DNA of 64,000 nucleotides from Parachlamydiales bacterium (GTDB lineage Bacteria; Chlamydiota; Chlamydiia; Chlamydiales; JAJFMK01): NCBI GenBank assembly GCA_963704365.1, contig OY969899.1, positions 792,121 to 856,120 of the forward strand, read 5' to 3'. Shown piece by piece: positions 63,542 to 64,000 of this stretch (position 1 is its first letter; each line of letters starts with the position of its first letter). The notes under the pieces were generated by a model. It saw only the letters and a program-made list of their open reading frames with translations, ran no database searches and was not told where the DNA came from. The position numbers and the translations under genes were made by a program.

Positions 63542-64000
63542 TACATCGCTACTGCTCGCAACACTATGATAGGAGATTCCCCTTTTTCGAATTAATCGTG
63601 ATTAGTAAGCAACTGCTGGAAATTGATGTGGTGACTGTACCCAACCTGTACCTCAGGAGAGGGGTCTCCCAAACAGGAATGCGTTGCCAGATTCACAAAC
63701 AGCTATTCCGCATCTGTATATGCAAAGGCAATTCCAGAGCAGTCGACCTTATCAGTACAGTATTCTATACTCTCCTGTCTTCGTATCTAAGATATATAAA
63801 GTATCATCCTTACGGCTGCCGTCAGTCTTCCAAAAGCTCTCTTTAGTCACAGCCACATATCTACCTACTACTTCATTTTTGGCGCGAATGGGTATAGTCG
63901 CTATCCCTTTCGCACCGATCTATAGAATTTGTCCGGGATAATCAATGGAGGTGGAGAGACGCATTCAGAACTTTTGATTGGCTTGCTCTCTCGCAGGAAT

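Noticed and set aside
63475-63941. Plus-strand ORFs 63475..63846 and 63684..63941
   Set aside because: The first overlaps the tRNA-like sequence. Both have implausible composition (C/R/Y-rich, no start context). I treat the region as non-coding.

Overview
This 64-kb window has about 60 genes and moderate AT-richness. It mixes housekeeping genes with a large accessory complement. I could not run any searches. All domain calls come from motifs I recognise in the translated ORFs, and all repeat alignments were done by eye.

Housekeeping and other recognisable genes: acs, ackA, fabH, def, a prolyl oligopeptidase, a CPA1 Na+/H+ antiporter, an aquaporin, sugE, an MFS transporter, a Zn-ADH and a MarR/SRPBCC/EVE operon.

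Accessory genes resemble those of an intracellular or amoeba-associated bacterium. My inference is an environmental Chlamydiae-like organism. The evidence is:
- an autotransporter with PATR-type repeats
- a small Cys-rich lipoprotein
- several proteins with bilobed hydrophobic (Inc-like) anchors
- many eukaryote-like domains: MYND+SET, GT92+GT11 glycosyltransferases, a TPR protein, kinase-like folds, a possible PARP-like domain and a PPPY tail

Stand-out observations:
1. A GxxExxY (PD-(D/E)xK-like) gene is followed directly by a palindromic repeat built from 9-nt units. Two related hairpin loci lie elsewhere in the window.
2. About ten genes have broken reading frames. Three breaks sit at short A-runs in toxin-antitoxin (TA) type genes. 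Five are +1 breaks where the upstream frame ends at C-TGA-A/T.
3. An 832-aa cadherin/Ig-like surface protein is separated by about 10 nt and a +1 shift from a TM helix plus a PPPY cytoplasmic tail.
4. One member of a convergent paralogue pair carries four 192-bp tandem repeats, each encoding an RxRxxT (AGC-kinase-type) site.
5. An approximately 210-bp MITE-like palindrome lies next to a truncated phytochelatin-synthase-like gene.
6. TA modules are decayed or frame-broken (DinJ/YafQ, HicAB, wHTH+NTase). A tRNA-Tyr-like sequence lacking its 5' acceptor strand sits at the right end, next to more than 450 nt of non-coding DNA.

I saw no rRNA, CRISPR array or intact transposase.
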